In this document: piece by piece, positions 30,980 through 43,635 of the stretch
Layout: each line of letters starts with the position of its first letter
How positions within the stretch are numbered: the first letter of the stretch is position 1
DNA from: Guillardia theta CCMP2712
Taxonomy: Eukaryota > Protista > Cryptophyta
Assembly (NCBI RefSeq): GCF_000315625.1
Contig: NW_005434655.1
Span: 742,807-806,806 of the forward strand
Direction: 5' to 3'
DNA: 64,000 bases
The notes under the pieces: generated by a model
The model's database searches: none
What the model was told of the DNA's origin: nothing
The model's input: the letters and a program-made list of their open reading frames with translations, nothing else
Position numbers and translations under genes: made by a program

Positions 30980-32779
30980 CCAGGCGGCCGGCGCGGCAGT
31001 GAAGGCGGCGGCGGCGGTGCTCAGGCTCAGAGCTTGAGAGCTCAGGCTGAGAACAAGAATCTCTCTACCATCATCACCCCAATCTGATGCCTGGTGCGCT
31101 TCAAAACTCGTTTGACTTCCAGAATCTGTACTAGTGCGTGGACGATACCCAGCCCGCGCAAATTCAAATCCCCAGCTTTTTCAAATAAGTGTCCACGTAC
31201 CGGTGGTTTGATACACGACTAGGGGGTAGGGTTTGTTCCCCACCTACCCCGGTGGCCATAACCTCACAACAGGACCGGTGCATAGTCAAACAAAGGTACT
31301 GTATCAATTGTTTACAGTACAAATATGTATAAACTTTGTACATATATATACATTTAAAATAAAATAATACGAAGTATGGTACAATTATGCCTAACTATGG
31401 TACCAAAAATCTGTACCTTTTATTTGAACAAAAATACAAGCATTAAAAACAAATTCAACGACCGCTCTGAAACCAATCTACCACCTCTACCCCCCCAAAT
31501 CCAGTGATAATGACGGGTCATTACCTATAACCGGTACTAAGACCCAGAGAACTGAGAAAAGCCACTTTTCCTTTGTTTTTCCTGGTCAAAAACCTACAGA
31601 ATGTCACGTTGAAAGATTTCACGTCAAGATCCGATGTATTGCTGCTGTCAATCGAGTTGGATCATAGCTATCCAAGTTTATTCAAAAGCTAGCACTGATT
31701 ATTCCAGGGACAGCAACAGGTCTCTCAGACACTCATAAATACGCAACCAAGACGGACTCTGTCATGAGGAGGGTCGCAACGAAGACTGTCTGTCATGACT
31801 CAAACATGAGGTGATAGCGATGTCCTTCGGAAATGTCGGCTCAAGGTGAACACCATTTCGCAGATGTGAAGCTGATGATGTCGTGAATTCTAATTTCGCA
31901 GTCGGTGTATTCAAACTTGGTATGTTTGTCTGACTTTACATCGTCCGATGATGTGCATTGGTCATGTTTTTGAAAGCTATAGTTTGTCTGTAATAAAGTC
32001 ATTCTTACCGAGCTCTTATCATCATTTAAGCCCATGCCAGCTCACTTGTTTAAACTTAGAGATCTGTTCTGGTTGCCCTTGTGTTCGACATTGGCATCGG
32101 AAGCACCGGAAGTTGATCTGCGTTCGGAAGCATAGCATCTTGCACACATTTTTGCATGTACCGCCATTAAAATTTCACTCTTTTGGACGCATATTTTGAA
32201 AATTGATGACGAAAACGAAAATTTGCTGGAATACTGTTAACAGTATACCGGAACACTTTTCATGCTAACTGTTAACAGTAAAATAAGGCCCGAAAGAATT
32301 TAACTGTTAACAGTATACCGGACCCACCTACTAGCAGAAAAGGACCCGGTGGCTTCATTCTTGTACCAAACCCAGAAACACAGTACACATTGAATTTGAA
32401 TCAGGTACCAAAAAAATTGGAACATTTGTATTGAATTTCTAAGTCTTTTCTACTGTGTTTCCAATTTATATTTATTTTATGATTATTCGTATCTTTCTAA
32501 AACGTTTTCGCAGCCTTAAAACATGTCGTCTGTTAAAAGTTTCGAGGGGAGTGGAGTGGTCTTGAAGGTTTCCGCCCATGCCAATTCAAATACCCCACCC
32601 CCTATTACTCAATGATAATGGGGGTAAAAGGGTGCTTCGGTGCAAGGGCAAGTACCCGTATAAGTGCAGTCAAAAGTACCGGTCATGAAAAGCGCTAATC
32701 AACAATCCTGGATTTTCATATTCAGCTGCAGCGCCCCCAATCCGGGCCCGGCGGTGGGGGCCGCCGAGGCGGCAGGGGT

Positions 32780-33975
32780 CAGCGAGGGCGTGCAGGGACT
32801 GGCCGTTCCCACCCGGCGAAATGCAAGACAGACGGTTATCAGCACTGCCTCTTTCCGCACAGCTTCTTCATCCGGCAGTGCCCCACTGCTTTCCTCTGAG
32901 GCCGAGGCTTCAAGACCTTCATCGGTAAGGCTGGCGCAGCCCAATCCTTCTAATGCAATGGTCCCCCCACCGAGGTCGTCGGGCCCCGGATTGTTGCGTC
33001 CAGCTTCCCCAGTATCTTCTCAGGAATGGCTTGCGTCTTCAAGTTACAGGCAACAGACTTCCCCGTTGGCACCGCCAGATGGGAGGCTGGAATTACGTGG
33101 TGGTTTGAGCACTCCGAGCAGGTCCTGCTCCAACTCCTCAGTCGCAGTCCAGCCATTTTTACAGTCAAGCGTTTGAACAAGGAAGGATTACAAGCTTGGA
33201 AGGTTGCAGCTCAGGCTACCCTCCGCATGCTTCAGCTTGCGCCTGGTCTCTCTTCTCCCGCAGCAGGACAGCTCCGGCTCCTCTGGGACGCCCTCCCGCT
33301 GCTGCTCCTCTCGCCAGGCCCTCGCCTCTCTATCAACCGAGGAAATGCTGAGATCTGTTCCCGTGTCAGACTTTTTATGAAAGGTAAGTGGGACAAAATC
33401 TTTCAGAAACTGTCTCAACAGCTCCAATTTTCTACGGGTACATCAGACGGTAGCCGCCCACAGCCCGGCACAGGCCCTGGTGACAGCATTGCCCGGGGAT
33501 TCGTGCAGTCCACCGAAAGAGACATGGGAAGGCCCTTGCAGGTCCTCAGAGCAGGTAGTGATATCGACAGTGGCGGCCAAGGTCGTTCTTCCCAAGTACC
33601 ACGAGCGGGACTCGCGAGGGTCGGCGGGAGTGGTGGCAGGAGCTCCATCGAGGCGCCGGTTGTGGGCAGGGCCCCGGCAGCCCACGGGCGCAGCCTTCAG
33701 CGCAGGAAACTCGATCTCGCCCTGGAGCATTATGACAATAGGGATCTTCACAAAGCAAGACGCACCCTCACGGGGGCAGGCCCTGCGGACTGATGACTTC
33801 GATCAGATTTACCAAGACACTCTTGAGAAGTTTCCTCACAGCCCTAGCCCTGCTCCTTTGCTTGCGTGACCCTGGCAATATTCAAGCCTCTCGTCATCAG
33901 CTCATATTTGGAGAGGCCTCGGGCGACGATGAAGACGCAGACTCGGAATCTCTCTTGGACGCTATCCTCCATGAG
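32780..33975 (+). mobile_element. Degenerate fragment of a CRE-like non-LTR retrotransposon (region upstream of the RT)
   Basis: Peptides WWFEHSEQVLLQLL.RSPAIFTVKRLNKEG and ESLLDAILHE are nearly identical to the ORF at 53618-57829; frameshifted. Confidence 0.85.
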
Positions 33976-35069
33976 AGCTTCTCATGGAGGATAGCGAGGA
34001 TGCTTCTCATGGAGGATAGCGTATATTTCATCAGCAATTGCCATTCACGATATGTGGAACAGTTCCAAGAAAGAGATAAAAACAAAACTTAAAACTCTAA
34101 AACTGAAGGTCAAAGTACTAAATATCAGTCAATTTTTAGGTTCTTTCTACCCTGCTTTCAAGCTATCTTGCATCCTTTCACTGTGACAACGATTCAAACC
34201 AGCACGAAGGTCAAGGTCAAGGTTAGGTCAACCCATAAGCCCCCTACTGAATTAGTTAGAAAAAATGTTGATAATGAAATCATTGAACATATCCATTTGG
34301 CCACTTTCGAAAAACTCTTTCACAGACTATATTTACACAAATATAACATAATTACCAGTCTTATCATTCTTCTGTATGACAACCAATTCAATATTGCCAA
34401 GGTCATTATCAATGATAATAACGAGTAGCACCTGCGCTGCTCCTCCACCTGCGCTGCGGCTGCTCCCCGCCATTGCAGGGCCTGCGCTGCTCCTCCAGCG
34501 CTTGCCAGTGCGCTTCATCAGCACTCCTGCAGCACCTGCGCTGTCCTCCTCTAGCGCATCCTGATGCTCGTGCACTCGGGCTCCTCAGCTTGTACCATCC
34601 GCATGCCACTAGAGACGCTCCTCATCCGCCTGCGCTGTCCACATGCTCCTGTGCTCCTCCTCATCTTAGACCGCCGTCCATAATTTGTACCAGAAGCCCC
34701 GAGTCCAGGGGATAGCAACGTCAAGTGCCATCATGATATTTGGCACGAATTGTCCTGATCTCACGACCATACTATGATAGATTATCTCGAACTGAGGCAT
34801 TACGTACCGGGGTGACCGGGTAGCCTAGTAGAACTCCAAACAGTTTCCAAATGACTTAGTGAGTCAAGTAGACATCCCATGTCCGATCAGCGGAGTGAGA
34901 CGCACTGCCGCATACCGTGCCAGTGCCGGAACACACCCGTGACCTGAGATTATGGCCGGGCAGGGAAGAACAGAGGCCTTGAGCTGACGAAAAGATCCGA
35001 GGCTGGATCGGACCGCGGGCCGGACTCCGGGATGCCGGCGTTTGGCAAGATCGGACATCTCTTGAGTCT

Positions 35070-35212
35070 GGGTAGAAATCGATCGATGGTCACTCTCGGC
35101 CTCGCAAGACTCGATGTCATCAAGTTGATGAAACTACCCGGTCCAGGATCTTTCGTCATCAAGGCATCAAGTTGATTCGGAAACTTGGAAGTTGATCGAT
35201 CGATTTCTACCC
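35070..35212. repeat. MITE-like 143-bp element with 18-bp inverted ends; copies at 43177-43308 (truncated) and 53472-53614
   Basis: GGGTAGAAATCGATCGAT ... ATCGATCGATTTCTACCC. Confidence 0.65.
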
Positions 35213-35327
35213 GGCTCAGTCAAGTTGACTGTGAAGGCTGTTTGAGGAAACGGGCCCCGAAACTTGACTGATACCGGTCCCAAGCTTTTTCAAATCAAGT
35301 CTCATAAAATGCCCTTAAATTTCAAAT

Positions 35328-37701
35328 GTGGGACAACAAGCTTCCCTCTCTCTTGTTGAGTTGAAAAATAATTCTCTCACTTCAGCTGCAATGACGAAAC
35401 GCGGCAGGCAAGATGGGGGCGACGATGAGCAGTCCGCCCGTAACAGCAAGAGAGTACAAGGGAACAAGCAGGAGGAGCTCCGAAAGAAGGAGGAGAAGCT
35501 TCGAAAAGAGAAGGAGGAGGAGCTCCGAAAGAAGGAAGAGGAGCTTCGAGAAGAGAAGGAGGAGGAGCTCCGAAAGAAGGAAGAGGAACTTCGACAAGAG
35601 AAGGAGGAGCTCCGAAAGAAGGAGGAGAAGATCCGAAATGATAAGACTGAGGCCATGCGGAAACTTCATCTCGAAGGCGAAATCAAGGAGTACTGGCAGG
35701 ATGTTCTGAAGGACCTTGCGGACCAGGAGAAGAAACTAGAGAAGGAGAAGGAGGAGCTCCGAAAGGAGGAGCTCCGAAAGAAGGAGGAGAAGATCCGAAA
35801 TGATAAGACTGAGGCCATGCGGAAACTTCATCTCGAAGGCGAAATCAAGGAGTACTGGCAGGATGTTCTGAAGGACCTTGCAGACCAGGAGAAGAAACTA
35901 GAGAAGGAGAAGGAGGAGCTCCGAAAGGAGGAGCTCCGAAAGAAGGAGGAGGAGCTCCGAAAGGAGGAGCTCCGAAAGAAGGAGGAGAAGATCCGAAATG
36001 ATAAGACTGAGGCCATGTGGAAACTTCATCTCGAAGGCGAAATCAAGGAGTACTGGCAGGATGTTCTGAAGGACCTTGCAGACCAGGAGAAGAAACTAGA
36101 GAAGGAGAAGGAGGAGCTCCGAAAGGATTGGAAAGGTCTCCGAGAGAGAGAGAACCACATCTCTTGGAAGGAGATAACTCGGAATCGTGACGCGGTGGGG
36201 TATATGGAGGAGGGAAAGTTTTTTTGTCTCGATGGGTCGTTTTGGGATCAGCACAGCTCTGGACAAGGAAGGCAGCGGGTGCTCTACTGCAGGAAATGCT
36301 TCAATGAGCAGTGGGAGTTCATTAAGGACAGAGTGTGTAAGGACGGGAGTCTGGGTTGGATCTTAGGGCCTCCAGGGATGTGGAAGTCGTCGACGACCAT
36401 GTCCTTTATACAATCGCTGAGCATGGAGGAGGGATGGATGGTGATGTGTGTGCGGCTGTGGAAGTGGAGTTCAGTTCAAGTGCTCCAAGTTGATGATGGA
36501 GTTTTGAGAATCGCTGATTTGCCACGCAATGGTGCAGAAGAGATGCTGAGATGGGTCCTAAGAGAATGGTCTCAGGGCAAGAAGAAGTATCTTGTGTCCT
36601 TGGACGGTTACCAACAGGATGTACATGATCTGGCGCTCAGTGAATGCATGTGGTGGCTTCACAAGGACCGGGAAAACCGGCGGGTTGTCATCACGACGTC
36701 GATGAGTTCTCGAGAAAAGAAAAAAATTGAGCTCGATAGAATGGAGAAGGTAGAGGAGTTNNNNNNNNNNNNNNNNNNNNNNNNNNNNNNNNNNNNNNNN
36801 NNNNNNNNNNNNNNNNNNNNNNNNNNNNNNNNNNNNNNNNNNNNNNNNNNNNNNNNNNNNNNNGAAAGCTCGGAGGAGACAAGGTCGAGAGATGTCGAGT
36901 CAAAGTATCAGATTGTTGGAGGCTCATGCCGCCATATGTTCGAATGTACGACAGATCAAGCTATCCAAGATCTCTGTGCAGCGATGGACTCTGTCTCTAA
37001 TTTCACGACGCTCTTTGAAATGGACGTGGGCGACCTTTCAAAGCAGTTTGTCAATCGGCTGCATGGGAAGTATCGAATCGGAAACCAGGTGTACTGGACT
37101 TTTATCAGTAGGTTTGTTGCCAGGGAGCTAGCAGAGAAGCTCGGAGAATCGTTTGTGAGGAAGATTGAGCAGCTCCCTGGCATGACTGAGAATCCGTCTC
37201 TTCGGGGGATTTTGCTTGAGATGCTGTTCTTTGCTCGGATAGGACGAGATCCAGGGCTGCAGGTCAACCTCAGGTCAGAGAATCAAGCCGAGTCCGAGCA
37301 GCACGACGACTGGCAAAGGTGTAGCGTAATACCTCTTGAAGCAAGCGAAGTCCAGAAGGCTCTGAAGCAAGGAGAAGCAAGGTTGTGCCTGAAGCCGTTG
37401 AAATGGAATCAGGGGGGCTATGATGCAGTGATTTTTGGACTCGAATGACAAGTTGGTGCGCTTCATACAGGTAACCATTGCGGAGACCCATGACCTTAAA
37501 TTGCGGTTCATGTATGAGTGTCTGCAATCTTTGGGCATTGAGCAAGGGGGGACCTGGAAGGTTGAGATTGTGTTTGTCGTTCCAAAGGAGAATCTCTACA
37601 AGTTCAGAATGAAATGTATGGAAGACGAATTTATACTTAAACAGTACGGGTGGACACGCGACTCTCAAGTAGTTGCAATGAACTCCAGACCGCAAGGATA
37701 G
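35328..37701 (+). pseudogene. CRN-like: Crinkler/RHS-like NTPase + REase-fold gene, copy 1 (Walker A altered, +1 frameshift at ~37435, N gap)
   Basis: Coiled-coil repeats, GPPGMWKS, LVSLDGY, VGGSCR.MF, KPLKWNQGGYDAV and RFIQVT....HDLK. Confidence 0.75.
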
Positions 37702-40030
37702 AGCCGACAGATCGATGAGGGAAGAAAGAGGGGAGTCGCGGCCCCCAGAAGCCTCCCTTGCATCATGTGATAGAGTGCCTTGAATAAATACATCCCCGAT
37801 ACCAACTCTGACACTACCTCATCTCCACAGCCTTACGCACGTCACTAACCCTCATCTCTCCTCCTTCCACAGGTGCGTGCCCGGCGCCTTTTGAAGGACG
37901 CGATCCTGGTGATGATTCGTGTTCCCTGCCGATTCTCAGAGAAGGAACGATGGCATGTAAGCCGACAAGGATCGGGCGTGAGGTAGTTCCTTCACACTGA
38001 CGTCTTGATCTTACTTGATGCCACCGATCATCACAAGCGTCTCGTTAGGCTCAAGGCATTTTGCTCAAGACCTCAACCAAACCCAAACATTGCTTCAAGC
38101 TGAGAGCGAAGCAGGACATGCGGAGCAAAGATGCGATACTTGCTGATCTTGCGAAATCCCTTTGTATCGCGACTACACCCTTTCCGACTCTAGCTCAGTC
38201 ACCTCTTGCCTCATGCTGGTAATTTCTGCCTTCATGCTGGCGAACAGCTTACTCACTCTCTGTGATGACTTGAAATGCAGCCCCGTGCTGCATTCACACA
38301 TTGGTTGTTTGGCATGCTGGAAAGGATTACTCGCACCTTCCGACAAGTCCCCGTTAGCCTTACTTTTCTCANNNNNNNNNNNNNNNNNNNNNNNNNNNNN
38401 NNNNNNNNNNNNNNNNNNNNNNNNNNNNNNNNNNNNNNNNNNNNNNNNNNNNNNNNNNNNNNNNNNNNNNNNNNNNNNNNNNNNNNNNNNNNNNNNNNNN
38501 NNNNNNNNNNNNNNNNNNNNNNNNNNNNNNNNNNNNNNNNNNNNNNNNNNNNNNNNNNNNNNNNNNNNNNNNNNNNNNNNNNNNNNNNNNNNNNNNNNNN
38601 NNNNNNNNNNNNNNNNNNNNNNNNNNNNNNNNNNNNNNNNNNNNNNNNNNNNNNNNNNNNNNNNNNNNNNNNNNNNNNNNNNNNNNNNNNNNNNNNNNNN
38701 NNNNNNNNNNNNNNNNNNNNNNGTTTGTATGACCAGTAATCAATAAATTTGTTCGTTTTTCTTATCGTTTGCTTCTCTCAGTTGTGGACTAACGACATAA
38801 TCCATGAAATTCATGGACTGCGATCGTGCAAGAAGTCAGTAGAGAGGAAGAGGGTAGAAGGGGAAGAACGCATACGGCTGTAGAGATGTGCTTTCTTGTC
38901 GTTTGAGTCTGTCCGCAGCCATTCGCTTGAGGGCTTCCAGCAGCATGTGCGGAGGAATTGAAATCTCACAGCTTGTCAATGATCAGACGATTCTAGATGG
39001 TCTTTGAGGAGGGCAGGAGAGCTCCGCGCTCAAGTCAGCGTACCCTGCTCTCGCACTTGGCCGTTACTTGCCCCAGCCTCCAAGATCAACCTAGGAGCCA
39101 ACCTATGGCTATCTTGACTTCGGCTCCATGATAAATCCGGGTCCACGTCGATCATCACAACATCTTGTCCCTTGTGAGCAGTCGGTCACTCCCTTCCATG
39201 TTGTCAATGGCACGGTCCGCACCTTTTGTCGAAAGAATTCTGCTATGTAAGCCCAGCTGCCATAATGCTGAGCGCGAACAGCCTGAAGCAGCTTCCTCGG
39301 ATCACCAGGACAACGTGCTGGTTGAAGCGGAACCCTGACTCCCACTGGGCGTCTCGGCTGCCCAAATGCACTTCGTCGTCAGTCCTACTCTTCCTTCCAC
39401 TATCCTCTTCCGCCTCAAACTCCAACGCAGCTGTCACGCACCGATGAGTCAAACGATCCACTAACTTCAACCCGCGCAGAAGCTCAAAGATCTGTTCTCA
39501 CATTACATCCAGCTAACTTTCAGTAAAGAGACATCCAGGCAGAAATTACCATCATGAGGCAAGAGGTGACTGAGCTAGAGTCGGAAAGGGTGTAGTCGCG
39601 ATACAAAGGGATTTCGCAAGATCAGCAAGTATCGCTGAAGCAATGTTTGGGTTTGGTTGAGGTCTTGAGCAAAATGCCTTGAGCCTAACGAGACGCTTGT
39701 GATGATCGGTGGCATCAAGTAAGATCAAGACGTCAGTGTGAAGGACCTCACGCCCGCTGATCCTTGTCGGCTTACATGCCATCGTTCCTTCTCTGAGAAT
39801 CGGCAGGGAACACGAATCATCACCAGGATCGCGTCCTTCAAAAGGCGCCGGGCACGCACCTGTGGAAGGAGGAGAGATGAGGGTTAGTGACGTGCGTAAG
39901 GCTGTGGAGATGAGGTAGTGTCAGAGTTGGTATCGGGGATGTATTTATTCAAGGCACTCTATCACATGATGCAAGGGAGGCTTCTGGGGGCCGCGACTCC
40001 CCTCTTTCTTCCCTCATCGATCTGTCGGCT

Positions 40031-42884
40031 CTATCCTTGCGGTCTGGAGTTCATTGCAACTACTTGAGAGTCGCGTGTCCACCCGTACTGTTTAAGTATA
40101 AATTCGTCTTCCACACATTTCATTCTGAACTTGTAGAGATTCTCCTTTGGAACGACAAACACAATCTCAACCTTCCAGGTCCCCCCTTGCTCAATGCCCA
40201 AAGATTGCAGACACTCATACATGAACCGCAATTTAAGGTCATGGGTCTCCGCAATGGTTACCTGTATGAAGCGCACCAACTTGTCATTCGAGTCCAAAAT
40301 CACTGCATCATAGCCCCCCTGATTCCATTTCAACGGCTTCAGGCACAACCTTGCTTCTCCTTGCTTCAGAGCCTTCTGGACTTCGCTTGCTTCAAGAGGT
40401 ATTACGCTACACCTTTGCCAGTCGTCGTGCTGCTCGGACTCGGCTTGATTCTCTGACCTGAGGTTGACCTGCAGCCCTGGATCTCGTCCTATCCGAGCAA
40501 AGAACAGCATCTCAAGCAAAATCCCCCGAAGAGACGGATTCTCAGTCATGCCAGGGAGCTGCTGAATCTTCCTCACAAACGATTCTCCGAGCTTCTCTGC
40601 TAGCTCCCTGGCAACAAACCTACTGATAAAAGTCCAGTACACCTGGTTTCCGATTCGATACTTCCCATGCAGCCGATTGACAAACTGCTTTGAAAGGTCG
40701 CCCACGTCCATTTCAAAGAGCGTCGTGAAATTAGAGACAGAGTCCATCGCTGCACAGAGATCTTGGATAGCTTGATCTGTCGTACATTCGAACATATGGC
40801 GGCATGAGCCTCCAACAATCTGATACTTTGACTCGACATCTCTCGACCTTGTCTCCTCCGAGCTTTCTTCCGCATCCAAGCTCCATTTCATTACACCGGC
40901 CACACTCTTGTAGAACATTTCGTACTTTATGGCCTCCTGGTANNNNNNNNNNNNNNNNNNNNNNNNNNNNNNNNNNNNNNNNNNNNNNNNNNNNNNNNNN
41001 NNNNNNNNNNNNNNNNNNNNNNNNNNNNNNNNNNNNNNNNNNNNNNNNNNNNNNNNNNNNNNNNNNNNNNNNNNNNNNNNNNNNNATTCACTGAGCGCCA
41101 GATCATGTACATCCTGTTGGTAACCGTCCAAGGACACAAGATACTTCTTCTTGCCCTGAGACCATTCTCTTAGGACCCATCTCAGCATCTCTTCTGCACC
41201 ATTGCGTGGCAAATCAGCGATTCTCAAAACTCCATCATCAACTGGGAGCACTTGAACTGAACTCCACTTCCACAGCCGCACACACATCACCATCCATCCC
41301 TCCTCCATGCTCAGCGATTGTATAAAGGACATGGTCGTCGACGACTTCCACATCCCTGGAGGCCCTAAGATCCAACCCAGACTCCCGTCCTTACACACTC
41401 TGTCCTTAATGAACTCCCACTGCTCATTGAAGCATTTCCTGCAGTAGAGCACCCGCTGCCTTCCTTGTCCAGAGCTGTGCTGATCCCAAAACGACCCATC
41501 GAGACAAAAAAACTTTCCCTCCTCCATATACCCCACCGCGTCACGATTCCGAGTTATCTCCTTCCAAGAGATGTGGTTCTCTCTCTCTCGGAGACCTTTC
41601 CAATCCTTTCGGAGCTCCTCCTTCTCCTTCTCTAGTTTCTTCTCCTGGTCTGCAAGGTCCTTCAGAACATCCTGCCAGTACTCCTTGATTTCGCCTTCGA
41701 GATGAAGTTTCCACATGGCCTCAGTCTTATCATTTCGGATCTTCTCCTCCTTCTTTCGGAGCTCCTCCTTTCGGAGCTCCTCCTCCTTCTTTCGGAGCTC
41801 CTCCTTTCGGAGCTCCTCCTTCTCCTTCTCTAGTTTCTTCTCCTGGTCTGCAAGGTCCTTCAGAACATCCTGCCAGTACTCCTTGATTTCGCCTTCGAGA
41901 TGAAGTTTCCACATGGCCTCAGTCTTATCATTTCGGATCTTCTCCTCCTTCTTTCGGAGCTCCTCCTTTCGGAGCTCCTCCTCCTTCTTTCGGAGCTCCT
42001 CCTTTCGGAGCTCCTCCTTCTCCTTCTCTAGTTTCTTCTCCTGGTCTGCAAGGTCCTTCAGAACATCCTGCCAGTACTCCTTGATTTCGCCTTCGAGATG
42101 AAGTTTCCGCATGGCCTCAGTCTTATCATTTCGGATCTTCTCCTCCTTCTTTCGGAGCTCCTCCTTTCGGAGCTCCTCCTTCTCCTTCTCCAGTTTCTTC
42201 TCCTGGTCTGCAAGGTCCTTCAGAACATCCTGCCAGTACTCCTTGATTTCGCCTTCGAGATGAAGTTTCCGCATGGCCTCAGTCTTATCATGTCTACAAT
42301 GACTAAAGGCGGTGCTAGCTCCTCCTNNNNNNNNNNNNNNNNNNNNNNNNNNNNNNNNNNNNNNNNNNNNNNNNNNNNNNNNNNNNNNNNNNNNNNNNNN
42401 NNNNNNNNNNNNNNNNNNNNNNNNNNNNNNNNNNNNNNNNNNNNNNNNNNNNNNNNNNNNNNNNNNNNNNNNNNNNNNNNNNNNNNNNNNNNNNNNNNNN
42501 NNNNNNNNNNNNNNNNNNNNNNNNNNNNNNNNNNNNGGTCCTTCAGAACATCCTGCCATGGCTCAGTCTATCATTTCGGATCTTCTCTCTTCTTTCGGAG
42601 CTCCTCTTTCTCTTGTCGAAGCTCTCTTCTTTCTTTCGGAGCTCCTCTTTCTCTTTCTCTTCTCGAAGCTCCTCTTCCTTCTTTCGGAGCTCCTCCTCTT
42701 TCTCTTTTCGAAGCTTCTCCTCCTTCTTTCGGAGCTCCTCCTGCTTGTTCCCTTGTACTCTCTTGCTGTTACGGGCGGACTGCTCATCGTCGCCCCCATC
42801 TTGCCTGCCGCGTTTCGTCATTGCAGCTGAAGTGAGAGAATTATTTTTCAACTCAACAAGAGAGAGGGAAGCTTGTTGTCCCAC
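40031..42884 (-). CDS. CRN-like: Crinkler/RHS-like gene, copy 2 (gapped; Walker A GPPGMWKS)
   Basis: Inverted, near-identical copy; two N gaps and a poorly assembled 5' end. Confidence 0.7.
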
Positions 42885-43635
42885 ATTTGAAATTTAAGGG
42901 CATTTTATGAGACTTGATTTGAAAAAGCTTGGGGCGGCCGGGCAGAAACTGACCGGTATCAGAAGCGTTGCGTTTTTACTATTCCAATGGTAGTCCAATG
43001 GGGTATTGTTTAAATTTCTCTCGATGGCTGCAAAAATGGCGTGTTGGATATTTTAAAATGGAGGAGGCACCTGCCACTGGAGCAGGGGGAGCAGGGGGGG
43101 GAAGGTTCAGCAGCACGATTCAGCTTGCTTTGCAGTCATTCTGGGAGGCCTCTTCATCGAACGATCAGTAAACTCTGGGTAGAAATCGATCGATGGTCAC
43201 TCTCGGCCTCGCAAGACTCGATGTCATCAAGTTGATGAAACTACCCGGTCCAGGATCTTTCGTCATCAAGGCATCAAGTTGATTCGGAAACTTGGAAGTT
43301 GATCGATTGGTGGGATACCTCCTGCTTAGATGAAGTGCACNNNNNNNNNNNNNNNNNNNNNNNNNNNNNNNNNNNNNNNNNNNNNNNNNNNNNNNNNNNN
43401 NNNNNNNNNNNNNNNNNNNNNNNNNNNNNNNNNNNNNNNNNNNNNNNNNNNNNNNNNNNNNNNNNNNNNNNNNNNNNNNNNNNNNNNNNNNNNNNNNNNN
43501 NNNNNNNNNNNNNNNNNNNNNNNNNNNNNNNNNNNNNNNNNNNNNNNNNNNNNNNNNNNNNNNNNNNNNNNNNNNNNNNNNNNNNNNNNNNNNNNNNNNN
43601 NNNNNNNNNNNNNNNNNNNNNNNNNNNNNNNNNNN

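Larger units (their letters stand above)
17685..32329. mobile_element. 14.6-kb composite DNA element with 29-bp perfect TIRs and an ACT target-site duplication (alternative reading: 28-bp TIRs with a TA duplication)
   Basis: AGGTGGGTCCGGTATACTGTTAACAGTTA at 17685-17713 is the exact reverse complement of 32301-32329. ACT lies at 17682-17684 and 32330-32332. Subterminal ACTGTTAAC(AGT) repeats occur at both ends. Confidence 0.8.

Noticed and set aside
30626-31087. Repeat-encoded ORFs (STQALSLTRV / SSQAESLGAH)
   Set aside because: Open only because the 30-bp unit lacks stops in those frames; no evidence of translation
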